Positions 13,492 through 26,400 of a stretch of DNA of 64,000 nt are shown in pieces. Numbering within the stretch: position 1 is the first letter of the stretch; each line of letters opens with the position of its first letter. This stretch comes from Tubiluchus corallicola (taxonomy: Eukaryota > Animalia > Priapulida), in NCBI GenBank assembly GCA_030141605.1, contig JAQGDQ010000443.1:131631-195630 (forward strand), given 5' to 3'. A program made the position numbers and the translations under genes. Under the pieces are notes generated by a model. The model was not told the origin of the DNA, made no database searches, and saw nothing but the letters and a program-made list of their open reading frames with translations.

Positions 13492-13553
13492 GCCGCTAGA
13501 CTTGAACTCAAAGTTGTGTGGTTGCAGTCCGCAATCTAGATCATTTCGCCACC
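13492..13553 (-). mobile_element. tRNA-derived SINE head or decayed tRNA-like sequence
   Basis: Minus strand GGTGGCGAAATGATCTAG...GACTGCAA...GAGTTCAAGTC has A-box/B-box-like spacing. No intact cloverleaf evident. Confidence 0.4.
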
Positions 13554-15244
13554 CAATCCAGGACCTGGCCAGCCACAGGCACCATCACTCTTTTTTCGTC
13601 TAACATTAATTTGATTTTAGTCGAACTTCACATGATGTAGCCTCCTTTTAACAAGTACATCCATCCTACCATTTAGTTGAGAAAAATTAATCAGAAACTA
13701 CCAAACTTCCACCTCTCACAATGGCGATTTGGTTAACTCGAATTTATCTAGATTTCTCACTGGTTCTTCAGCTTGTCCATTTGTCTAACCACTGAAGAAA
13801 ATTGGAAAGCTTCCTGGTTAAATTCGACATGTTTTCTGTCAACCTGGTGTTTGTTTTGTCAGAATTTGTAAAAAGAACTCAATAGTTACTGATTTTGGAA
13901 GATGGTGCAGTAGCTATGAAATCCAAAGAGCATTTTTTGAGGAAGCATGTCACCTGTTTAGATGTCCTTAGCTTAAAAAGAACTAATATGGTAGTGTGCA
14001 ATACCGTTAAATTCAAAATGGCAGCCAAATTTCAAAAATGGCTTTATGCTTTTTTCATAAAATGCTCACATGATAACACATGCTCTAGCAATAAGAACTG
14101 TATTGTTTAGTTGCGAGATGCTGTGCGTAGGTTTGTACGTGTGCATTATGAATATATAGTTTAACTTTCTGTCTTAAAATTGGTATTGTGCATGTTCTTT
14201 TGTTTGTTCACGTGATTGCCTCTTATGGAAAGTAGGGTAGGAGAGACCTGAATTCCTCAACTCGATTTCTCTGGGAATTCTCCCTCATGATTCTGTTTTT
14301 GAGTGTGTTTACTGTTTATATTGGCTTGTGTTGTCTTGTGCAATTATTTTTATTTAAATTGATGTTGAAAGTGCACATATTACATCACGCATAGTCGCTT
14401 TTGCGCCAAGCTAAGAAACGTTGTCTATTTGCAGGAACGAGCCTTTCGCTTCAATTACACACCAGTCAAATAAAGCGGAAATTGAAATGGACAGTTTAAC
14501 TCTATTCAAATATCAAAGTCTAGATTCTAACTATTGAGATATCCATACCATCCTTTATCATATTCGCAGAACCACCTATTCATTTATGGAGCTGATATGC
14601 TTTCCAAAGTTACTCAGTATTGTATTTTGTACGTGCTTATTTAAATTGAAAAAAGGGATTATATTTGCGTAATATCTCGTTCATGCACGTGTCTATAATT
14701 CCAAACTGTGAATTCCTTCAAAAACGCAGTATCAAAAATAGACAGTCGCCTTCAAAAGCGATTTAACAATTTAGCTGATAACAGAACGTATTATAGAAGG
14801 GTTCAGACTGAAGGACTGTTTTTAATAAACATTATTTAATTCTAGTGCTTAGTAATTAGTGCTTAAACACGGAGAACAATCAAAACAAGCTATCGATACA
14901 GATGGTTAATATAGACGTAGGAAGTATCAGATGACTCGATGTCTGTTAAAGTTCAATGTGTAACAAAAGGCTTATTACATAACAATACAGCATTATGTAA
15001 CAAAAATGCTGGGCTATGTAACAGATATAGCAGACTCCAGAGAAACACACTTCTGACAGGAAGAACAGAGCATTTGAGGTACTCTTAGTAAGTTTATTAG
15101 GTCTAATTATGTACGTCTCTTCTTGGCAAATTTACTTTTTTGTTAAAATTAATCAAAGAACTATAAAAAAGCAAAATATACAAACAATTACTGTAATTAT
15201 CGTGAGCCGAATCATCAACTTTACTACATGTTTTTAATTCTTTG

Positions 15245-15350
15245 TCATTATCATTGTCATCATCACCATCTTCTTCTTCTTCTTCTTCATCGTCAGCGTC
15301 GACATCATCGTCATCATCATCATCATCATCATCATCATCGTCATCATCAT
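15245..15350. repeat. (TCA)n/(TCT)n microsatellite
   Basis: Read directly. Confidence 0.9.
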
Positions 15351-15585
15351 GACATATTGTTCATGTTCAGCCAGTTAACATGACTGCAAGCCCAGATCAC
15401 TCAGATCACTGGGGTCAAGTATTAAATTCCTTCTTATTCACAATTACTCTCAGATAATTAGTACAAAACATTTGTCTTTCTTTAAATAATTTTGTCGTTC
15501 AGGCATACGAAACATATATGTTCAATATATTTCATTTTTGTGATCGCAAGTGCTTGTGTAATTAACAGCAATTTCACGTTGTTGT

Positions 15586-15860
15586 TTCATTCATTGTTTC
15601 ATTGATTCATTCGTTTATTCAGTCTTTCATTCATTCATTCATTCATTCATTCATTCATTCATTCATTCATTCATTCATTCATTCATTCATTCACTCATTC
15701 GTTCGTTGATTCATTCATCCACTAATGCATTCATTCATTCACTCATACATTCCTTCATTCACTCATTTATTTATTCATTCATTCATTCATCCACGCATTC
15801 CCTCATTCAATCACCCATTCATTCATTCATTCATTCATTCATTCATTCATTCATTCATTC
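15586..15860. repeat. (CATT)n microsatellite, partly degenerate
   Basis: Read directly. Confidence 0.97.
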
Positions 15861-16559
15861 AGGTATTCGAAAAGCCAGCTGCAGCTGGAAAGCAGCTCAT
15901 TATTATCACGTAGTGTTTGCACCAAACAATTTTTTCAACTAAAAAACCGTACAAGCGCTCCAATACTATTCATAATTAACAGATTAATAAATTCATTCCT
16001 ATCTGAACATGCTCAGGTGAAATAAAATATCTTACTATCTCAGATGAGGATCATCTGTCATATTAATGTTTGTATTTAAATATTAATTGTCATTAATTAC
16101 AGTTTTTAATTAATGAACGAGGTTTTTGCAAGGTCAGATGACAGGTTTCGTATAAGAAATCGTGAGAAGTGATAACAAAAGCCAATCTGCAATATGATAA
16201 ATGTCCTAAATTATTAAGTGGACTTAACATCCGCGCGTTGCACTCATTGGATCAATTAGTATGAAAATGTTGGAAACATTTAATATGTTGTTTACTGAGT
16301 AAAGATTATCGTTTCGGCAAAATATGCCATTATCAATGCTAAATATTAAGCCAAAAAATAATCAGTACATTTGTGACACGGCAATATCAAGACACGAAAA
16401 ATCATTACAAAATCTTAATATATTTTAAGTCAGATTAGTTCTAGGTTCCATCAAGTCCCGTAGTGATCATTGTTGATTACGGAATCTCTGTGTTGCTTTG
16501 AAAGAGTTTTAGGTTTCCCGTATTGTTTTTTTCGCCCTGATTGTGAAAAATGTAATGTG

Positions 16560-17042
16560 TGAATGTTTATTTAATAGCATATTTATGTATAGCAGTACCG
16601 CATATGGGGATTGTTCAAAAAAAGCAGATTGACACGTTTCGTAGAAGTCTCCTATAAGAAAACTTTTATAGATATGATGGCCGTTCATAATAAAAAAATA
16701 AAAATTTATACACTAGAAGAAAGAAATTCCATGGAATTGAAAAGTCAAATTCTGAAGACTCGGATGGTTAGGGTATCTTCTCAGATTACCAAATAAAATA
16801 CCTGTGAGAGCAGTCTTAAAGGAAGTCTTAAAAATGTGCCAAAAAACCAAGTGGCAAACCAAAAACAACTTGGATTGCTAAGATAAATAAAGGGCTTGAA
16901 CAACTTCAACCAAATCTAGCTGTAAGGATAGAAGCACTTACGCTGTTAGCTGTAGATAGGGATTAGTAGAATGCTCTACTCAATGGCAATGTCTCAATGT
17001 CTGCAACAGACGGAATGAGACTTTGATAATGATGATGATGAT
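16560..17042 (+). mobile_element. Decayed 3' end of an RTE-clade LINE
   Basis: Frame-broken translation (SIFMYSS, IDTFRR, RRLGWLGYLLRLP, GKPKTTW) parallels the C-terminus of the 53789-55360 element. Ends in a (TGA)n tail. Confidence 0.75.
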
Positions 17043-18783
17043 TTTGTGATTTTATTCTTCTAACACTTACTACATTGCTTTCTTCTCTTATTACATAAAC
17101 TTCGCTTGCATTAGACTAATTGTATGCCATGGTTATGATCTTTTGCCCAAATCTCGCTCATGCAGAAGGTAATTTTGTAATTATTTTGTGCCTTGGTACT
17201 GCAGTGTCATAAATGTACTGATTATTTCTTTTAGCTTAATCTTTAGTACCGAAAATGGCATTTATCGTCGAAATGATCGTCTGCTTTCAGTAAACAGCAT
17301 GTTCGTTCCTAGAAGTTGGCTCCTTTATGTATTTAATGTTGGAAATAGGCCTACTGTTAATCTGAAATACACAGTGAAGGCCTAAATAGGTTATTTCAAC
17401 TGAAACGAAAAGGCTGCTTATATTTAAATCACTGCTACGTATGAAATGTACTACTCAGCTTATTTGAAATGAGCGTCGTAATGAATAAGGTGTCTTCTTG
17501 TTTTTTTGGTATATCGATTAATTGTTCCATATTAAATTGACTTAAAAAACCTTCAAGTGCAATATGTATCATCTTTATTCACATATTACAAATATCGTAG
17601 CTAAACAAATTTTAACTTGCCAATAAAAGCCGGCATTATACTGTTGAGACAATAGATTTATTTAAAACAAGACGTTTCGGTTTAATCACTACACATTATT
17701 TTCAGCTGACAAATTCGCAATAACTTTACAAAAATAAATAGGTTGTTGAAAGTGTTTGAAAACTAATTCACATTGATCGTTTAATTTATGTCAACTTTAA
17801 TATGCTTAGTTCTTCTATAAGAACTCTACTCTGTAGTTGTTACTGAGTGTCAGCAAAAATCATTATGCAGTAAAGAAGAATTCAAATGTATTATATCTTA
17901 TATAAGACCACACATTTTTATCTTCAAATTTAAGCAATATTTTTTTCTGTGCAATTATTGGCATATAGACGAATGATAAAAAACTCTGCATTTATAATTA
18001 CCATTATGAAGTGGGTACAAGTTTGTACTTTGGTTTGTGCTCTGGTACTGTAAACAGGCCTGCACACAAAATTCCAACAATAGCTCACCGTATACATCTG
18101 CTTTTTCGTCATAGCCCTGAATTCGATTCCACTGTACGATCATACTAAATACTATACCTTGCCCTACACACGTGCTACATACCTCACAATCTCTATATGC
18201 TTCTACCTGATAACACAATAATAAACGGATGATAAGAATAGCAGAGTAGCTGCAGTATGTACTTAGTACAAAAGGGCCTGGGTAGCACATAAATGGTTGA
18301 CTCCTAGAAAAATCACTTAGGGGCTGTTTCGCCTTCCGAAACTTTGTCCGGGTCCATGTCTAAAAAGTATTTATCCCTTATTGCGAGAAGAGCTTTCCGA
18401 ATGTGGCTTAAAACGCTTCTGCTCATCTTCCCGGAAGGTTGTTCTTGGTAATGGCCTAGATCCCAGTCCTGCCAGGTTAATGATTATAATAATTATGCGC
18501 CGTCTCTAAGCCCTGTTTTCGGCTTGTAGCGTGCCCAACTACATTTATTATATAAAAAAGAACAGCATCGATTGTCGCATTGATACTAGACACCCACTAG
18601 TGTTATTTAAGTTTTATCAAAGAAACCTCACAAAATATGAAGCTTGACTGCTGTGCCGGAAATAAATCTGAAGCAGAACTAATTTTACAAGCAAATTATA
18701 TACGATATAACAAAATTTTGAGCGTAACTGCGAACATAGTATAGAGTTCATGCAGTCGTCTTGTGTGCGATTTTGAAAAATTT

Positions 18784-18891
18784 TTACTTAAAGTCATGTT
18801 CCTCCGTACCAGCTGCTAGGCTGAGATCAGGCAATGGCTTTTCAAACCCGTTCTTTCCAACCAACCAATAAGTAACTATACAACCAATACC
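18784..18891 (-). CDS. rGC last coding exon ([35 protein letters not shown])
   Basis: tttttctag acceptor, TYWL motif, TAA stop at 18784-18786. AATAAA on the minus strand at about 18544-18549. Confidence 0.94.
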   Translation of the reverse strand, partial: GIGCIVTYWLVGKNGFEKPLPDLSLAAGTEEHDFK

Positions 18892-19071
18892 CTAGAAAAA
18901 AAACAAAATGTGTTGTGGTTTGCAGTATTGCCAAACTGAACTGCGTTAGGTTTTGTACTGTTGCATTTATAACATTGTACTGTGTTGTGCTGTGCTGCTC
19001 TATTGTGTATTTTGGTGACATTGGTGTGTGTGCGCGCGCGTGCGTGCATGTGTTGCATTATCTAATGTTGT

Positions 19072-19139
<68 letters not shown>

Positions 19140-22100
19140 TGTTGTTGTTGTTGTTGTTTTGACGTTGTTGCATTGTAACATATCGTGTGATACTACAAAC
19201 CCGCAATTAATTCAATTTTGAAACTAAGCTTTAAAAAATAGGAAATGTGAAAAAACGAGAACACAATCTATATTTGAACCAGTATCCTTTTGCTTCAAAT
19301 GCCATAACCGTTTGACTACTGTGTTCTCCGGCAATCTAGACAGTCCAAAGTTCAACGTGCTGTCATGTTCACTCCTTGAACACGGTAGGTCATGGCGTCT
19401 GTCTAGCAACCAGAAAAACCTTGATTCAAGTCCAGGCTGTGTTCAAGAGCACATTCCAGCTTGTCAAAATTTTATTTCAAAATTTAATTAATTGCGAGTT
19501 TGTACCGCCCTTAATACCAATCTTGAGAATAAGATTATTAAGAATTAACTGCACCGCGTAGTTTAGGCAGCTAAAATACATAGCAACATCAACGTGTAAA
19601 ATATAATGTTATATCTAACTTACAAGCACGGTAACTCACTGTAAATGGAATCATGTCAAGTGAACCTGTTAACTTGATACGATTATGAATGTAGAACTGG
19701 CTATTCATGGAAGCAGTTAGCACTCAGACAAAGCTGCGGGATATAATTTCACTTCCTAACATCTCACATTCAGCTGACAAGAAAGCCATTCTACCAAATT
19801 ATCTAAAACCATCTTATCCGTGATGGCTGAAACGTGCAAAACGAACAGAAATTCTGTCATCTTGATATTCTGTCATAATGTGAATGGCTACGAATAGTAC
19901 AGAGACAAAAAACGACTATTTTTGCACGTAAAGAAAAACTAATACATGTTAACAACTGCTAATGACAAATTTCAAAAGATTTACAAGCACAATCACTTGT
20001 ACAATCACTAAAGCTCATAGTGCTAACCTGCATTCCTCTAACTTCAAGGTTTTGTTAACTCGTAAGTAGCGCAGAACGTGAATGCACTTGGCAAGACTAC
20101 GTTAGAAGTATGAAAAAATTTTGAAACCTCGACTGGGTTTCGAGCGAAATCCACGACCCTCTCCTTTAAGACAGTTATACTAACCGTGTCCTCGACACCC
20201 GACCGTATAAGCCACTACAGGCCTATCATTGTAGCTTTACTTAATGTAGTTCTCTTTGTATAAAGAAGTTCGTTAACGCTCCAAAATTTCGAATGACAAA
20301 AAACCTAAGTTCCATTAGGTAAGACCAGGTGACGTGCAAAATATGTCTGCTTATAAATTTGCAGGAATTAGATAAGACCAGGTGATGTGCAAAATGTGTC
20401 TACTTATAAATTTGCAGGTATAGACACTTTTTATCGCATTTAAAAAGTATTAATGGGCATCAATAACAGTTCGGTCATTAAATACTCGAGAATATCGTAT
20501 GTCTCAAGAGATCAAGCCTTATCTAATTTGCAAATGGGAAAAGCTAGTCATCAATTAATCCAGTGTGATTATCCCTTGGTGTATCATATTTTCTTATACG
20601 AATGAAATCCGTAGAGACAGATTCAAAAACTTCCAGAGTCAGGTAAAACATTCACATTACGGGTATTAAATAATTAATGTACATTATTGTGATGTCTACG
20701 TATACAAGTGCAGAAATCTCTTTCTCTGCCGTGACTAAAACCTTCCAAGAAAATTTGAATTCGCCTGGTGATAAAGGTATTTTTATAACTTGACTTCTGC
20801 GAATTCCATTTTTCAAATCTTTGCTTACAACAATCTAATATTTCACATTGAAAATGATATTAAGTGATGCGTGGTTTTATGGCTCAATTCACGGGCATAT
20901 TAATGACTTTTGCTTAATTGAAAAACAAACCACGATGTGCATTCATTAGTTACAGTTTATCACAACAAAATTAACGAAAAGCTCATTAGTCACGATGTTT
21001 TAATTTATTTGATAATAAAAATGGATATTATATTATTTCTTGTTATTAATTTCAGAAATTAGTAATTGTACAAACACTATATTAGTATTGAATACTAACC
21101 TTCAAAATAACCTGGCCTCTTTTATCCAAATGGAAACTACCTATTTCAGTGAGAACTTCTGCACAACGCGGACTTACGTGAATCCGTAGAGCTAAAATAA
21201 AAAAAATTGTTTTCATCTTTTTCCATGTTTCATTTTAATCATTTATGATAATTTAAAAAATAAATTAATCAAAAAATCTATAAAAATGGCATGAATCACA
21301 TGAAATGTGTTTAGTAGACACTTTTGTTGTGGGTTAGCCTTGATCGCAGTTAACAGCAGTTAACAATTAATAGCTGAATTTAAGAGAAATGGCGTCAACT
21401 ACAGTCTTGCGAATAATCGTTTTCATTTATTCCAAATATTTAGGTTGCAATATGTCAAAACTAGTCAACACAATTTGTTTCCTAGTCCAAAACGAAGTAC
21501 AATAATAAAAAGTTATGTTTCTTGTATGCCAAAATCACAGAGGCACCTCAGATGTCTCTGCTTGCCTCTTTTTAACAGTCAGTAGTTCCGCTCTCTGCCT
21601 CACCTCCTCTTTTTTCTAATTTCTACAATATAACATTAAATTAAGTGCAAAAAACCTAGGTGAATGATTTAACCAGTTATAATGCTTTTACCAGCCTTCG
21701 TACTATGTTTAACATAAACAAAGAAGTATTCGTTGTTATCCCACAGAAAAAAGCTTGAACACAAAACTAAAATTTATAAGATTGCAGAAAAAATTTATAA
21801 CCCTATAACAACATCTATGTGTGGTAAAGTGGGTAAAAAGTGGAAAGATGCGTAATTGTCATATGAAGGGATTTTCAAAACTTTAACTTAAATTTTGCTG
21901 ATTGATGCCGTTTATTGTTATCGGTCATCCTAATGTGTGAAGTTAAGTTCACGATGAATTAAACAAAAATGCTAAGCAGTTCGTAATTCTCCATTATATT
22001 TATCGTATAAGAGGTCAACCTTTTTCATCTCTGCCTTCCAACCTGTAGTAATATGAAGCTATAATGTAACATATATGGCTTCGCTATCAGAGGTTTCTGA

Positions 22101-23359
22101 CTGGCTTTGAACAGTAATTATATAACGTATTATGCGTTGTTGTCGTGTGCGTATTGAAGCTTTTATTGTGCTTTATATATGTATTGTATTCCCCACAGCA
22201 GAATATAGCTGTAACAGTACAAACATGAGTTATGTTGAAATGGCGTGATATTAATACGGTACGTGTGCTTCCTTACTATCTTCATCACCTTTATATAATT
22301 ATCGAAAATAACATTTTTCTCGAAATGTTGCTATATTATTAAGAGCGGCAGAGTAGACCCTCCCATTAATACTGTTAAAGTATTGAAAGAGTTGATTCTT
22401 GGTCGCCAGTCCTGGCAATTCAAATAGAATTACACCAAGTTTTCATTGAAAGCTGACGGTCCTGCTTTTAAATTGAACCAGCCATTCTCAAAATATTTGG
22501 CTAATAAAGCTTTTGAGAGTAATGACAACTGATAATTTATGTTATTGAATTTTGTGATGTTCATAATGATGTTCATTATTGAAACATTTTTGGTTCATAA
22601 TATTTTTTTATTTATTATTATTTTCGTTTTTTTGTTTCATTTCTTTTTGTTTATTGTTATCATTATTATTATTTATATTATTATTCCGACAATCCTGATT
22701 TGAAAGCTCATCGCCGTCTAAACAACTTAAACACATCAATTTACAGTACACACTTCAGATTAATTAATGGCATTTATAATAACAGTTTGTTGTTGTAATT
22801 GACGTCATACTAATGATGATTTTCACCTTGGGACGCCAGTCTCTCAGTTACAAGTCTGTATCATATAAATAAGTAATCTCTTCACTCTTATTATTTATTA
22901 TGCAAACACCAAGGTGTGAGTTTTATGGCTGATGCTGCTTAACTATTGATACAATGTATAACAGGTTTGAACTTTAGCTGAACTGTGTTCTAAAAACCAC
23001 TCTAAGAAGTTGTTCTAGTAAATGGGGCGACCACATTCAATCTCTTAGTATGAACCTAACAATGTATTGCCATCTAAACACTAGCTAACATCTGAAAGAC
23101 GGCTCAAGACAAATAAGAGTGATTACTGGTTATTACATAATATAATACTTATATATACTTATATACTTATACATAATATAATGTTATTACATAATATAAT
23201 ATAATGTAATATAATATAATATAATATAATATAATATAATATAATATAATATAATATAATATAATATAATATAATATAATATAATATAATATAATATAAT
23301 ATAATATAATATAATATAATATAATATAATATAATATAATATAATATAATATAATATAT

Positions 23360-23409
<50 letters not shown>

Positions 23410-26400
23410 ATATAATATAATATAATATAATATAATATAATATAATATAATATAATATAATATAATATAATATAATATAATATAATATAATATAATATAA
23501 TATAATATAATATAATATAATATAATATAATATAATATAATATAATATAATATTAATAAGATCCCTTACTCAGCGAATGTTTAAACCAGAAAACAACGCT
23601 ATCAAAGTTTTGTAATAATTGCGATAACTATTGCGATAATTGGAAACAATTAAAGGCAGAAAAATAAACAATAGGCAGCCAACTGCTGCAGATCAACTTT
23701 GCAATTTATTACTACAGCTGCACAAATTAAAACATAATTATTTTTTCTGCAACATAACGACTGCATAGATATTAGATTCATTTATAGCACTGAGAAGAAG
23801 TAGAGAAAAATACGACTTAGTTGGGATATAAACTTACATTAATGTGTCAAGCACGGCTAACAAATCAACACGTATTAGACCTAGGTGGTTGCCACGATGA
23901 TTTTCATTAAGAGATGATTGGATAGTAACAAATCCGTGTTGCTATGATGATTTTCGTTAAAGATGTTGGATAGTAACAAAGCTGTGTTGCCACGATGGTT
24001 TTCATTTCTTCATTTACGGAATCACGCGAATCACTAGTCACGGAACGTTAGTCGGAAGTGGTGCTGACAAGCCTACATTAAATGGTGTCTTTACCTGTCT
24101 TGAGGGCTGATTTCCTTTAATTTAGCTGCCAAGTGTGTACAACAGAAGTAATAGACGTTTGATGACGCTGACGATGATGATGACATGATTTTGTTTACGT
24201 CTTTATCTTCCTACTTTCTGCAATGCACCAAGTGCTTCTACCTCTAAGGATTAGTACTGAAGAGTTTGAATCATTCTGTTGGTTTCTGGTTGGTTCTATT
24301 GCTTACTGAAGTGAAATATGATTGAATAAACGCCAGTCTTGTTAAAAAGATAATTATTTCTTATTAAATAAATCCGTGGTTTAAGTCATAGTTTAAAAAC
24401 AAATTTGCGCCGCCTTTTCGCTTTTTTGTTCTTAACAGAATGTGTTGTAAATTTTATAACATTTTTTTTTACAACAAAAAATTAATAAAAAAGGAATTAT
24501 GAATTTAGTAAAACGATTTCAGACTCCAAGATTTTGTTGAGCAGCTACACGTTCAATGTTTTCGTAACTCTATTCAAAATGAAGGAGCAACTGTTTGCTT
24601 ACACGTTCTGTCGTACACGTATACATCGTTAATAGCAAAAAATGGCACATAGAAAAGAAAACAAATGGTTTCACTGGTTTGTATCTTATTAGCAGCACGT
24701 TTTTTCTGCAATTTACAGCAAACATTCTGAAGAATTTGATAACAAGAGACCTATCAGTTTAAAATATATCTCAGCTACGTAAATAACAGGTGCACGGTGC
24801 TCAGATGAGCGAGGAACATAATCACTTGTTTAAATAATTATTTATGGCATAGTTTACAGCGCGAATTTTAATACATTCCCGGTAGCCGTCGCATCTTACA
24901 CTATGCCTATTCATCCCCATTGCCGGACTTCAACAAAACTTTTTTTAGATTAATATAAGTATGTGATTGCATTATGTAAGTAATTCTAGTTTAACGATAA
25001 CCCTGGTCTATCTAGCCCCCCCCCCCCTTAGACCCACGTTGCAAAAAATCTCAACAACAACAGTCTAAGACAAAATTTGCTCGCACACTGCAACTTTGTA
25101 TAAAGCAATCGGCATCATGAGTAACTCATTAAATAGTTATTAGATGACATGTGATAAAACTGGCTGCTTTAATGATCTCATTTAGTTTTGTGCGATGCAA
25201 ATGTTTATACCAAGCCCACACACGCCAGCAGGATGAGTTTAATAACGTCTGTGTGCGACAAAAATTGGTAAAACGCCTGTCACCAAACCCGCAGACGATC
25301 AGTAATCATAATTACTCAACAGCATTGTGTTTTTTATTAATATATTTGTAGCTAATGTGCAGGATCAGCAGTTAATTTCAGCACTTAATAATTTATCTCT
25401 CCTTACATCAAACATTAATGCAGGCCTACAGTCAAGGGTACGATAGTACAAATTCTGTGAGAACTATGGTTGTTATGCATTTGCTTGTTATTGTTTGTAT
25501 TTTTGTTGTCTGCTGTGCAATAAAATCTTCTTAGATATGCTAGTTGTTTAAAATCGCAGCCTAAGTTCCTAATAATCAGTTCATAAAGAATGCCAGGACA
25601 TAGATCAAAAAGCTATGACAATTTAAGCTAAACTAAAACCAGGTTTTACTGAGTCACGGAAAATAACCAAAATACGATCTTAACAAAACTCAACACTTCT
25701 CAAAGCGAAAACTAACAAAAGAAATCGCACGATCTATATTGACAATACTCTTCCAGATCAAGGCTCAGTCAGTGAGTTTAACTAGTATTGTATCCTTGGC
25801 CTTTTATAACTAAGTACAACGTACATAAAGGGTTTCCTTATAGTTAACGTTATAATTACAGCTGAATAAAAAGGGCCAATCAAAAACTATACTAATCTAT
25901 GGAAATTTAGACCAAACTGCTAAGTCTGGGTGATGCATATTCTCACTTTCTTTCTTGGCTACTCCCTTTCAAAAAGAAGTTTCCTAAGTCAGGTTTCAAA
26001 AATGCCTCATATTTAATTTTGCCTAATTGATCAAAAATGAAATAAATTGTAAAACTGAAGATCAATGGACAAACCTAAGCCACTAGATTCCATTCTGGAT
26101 GAGTAATTAACCGTGTCACCGAATAAGCAGTATCGCGGCATTGTCAGGCCCACAACTCCAGCCACCACGGGTCCTGAAAGAACATTTATAAAACTCGTGA
26201 AAACATTTTGAGTATGTCTAAAACACATAGTATATATAATAGGATCAGAGTTGCTTGTGGGTTGTTATCTGGATCTTCATTATTCTTCGTGGCTCTTTTA
26301 TTCATTATATATATATATATATTAATTCTTTATTTGTCATAAAAATGGTTCACTCATTATAATAAAATTGAGTAAGCCTCAGCGTAATGTTAAAATAACA

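Noticed and set aside
19224-19409. FWLL-containing ORF as the last cyclase exon
   Set aside because: It has no suitable acceptor or GxG loop. The exon at 18784-18891 fits phase and motif.
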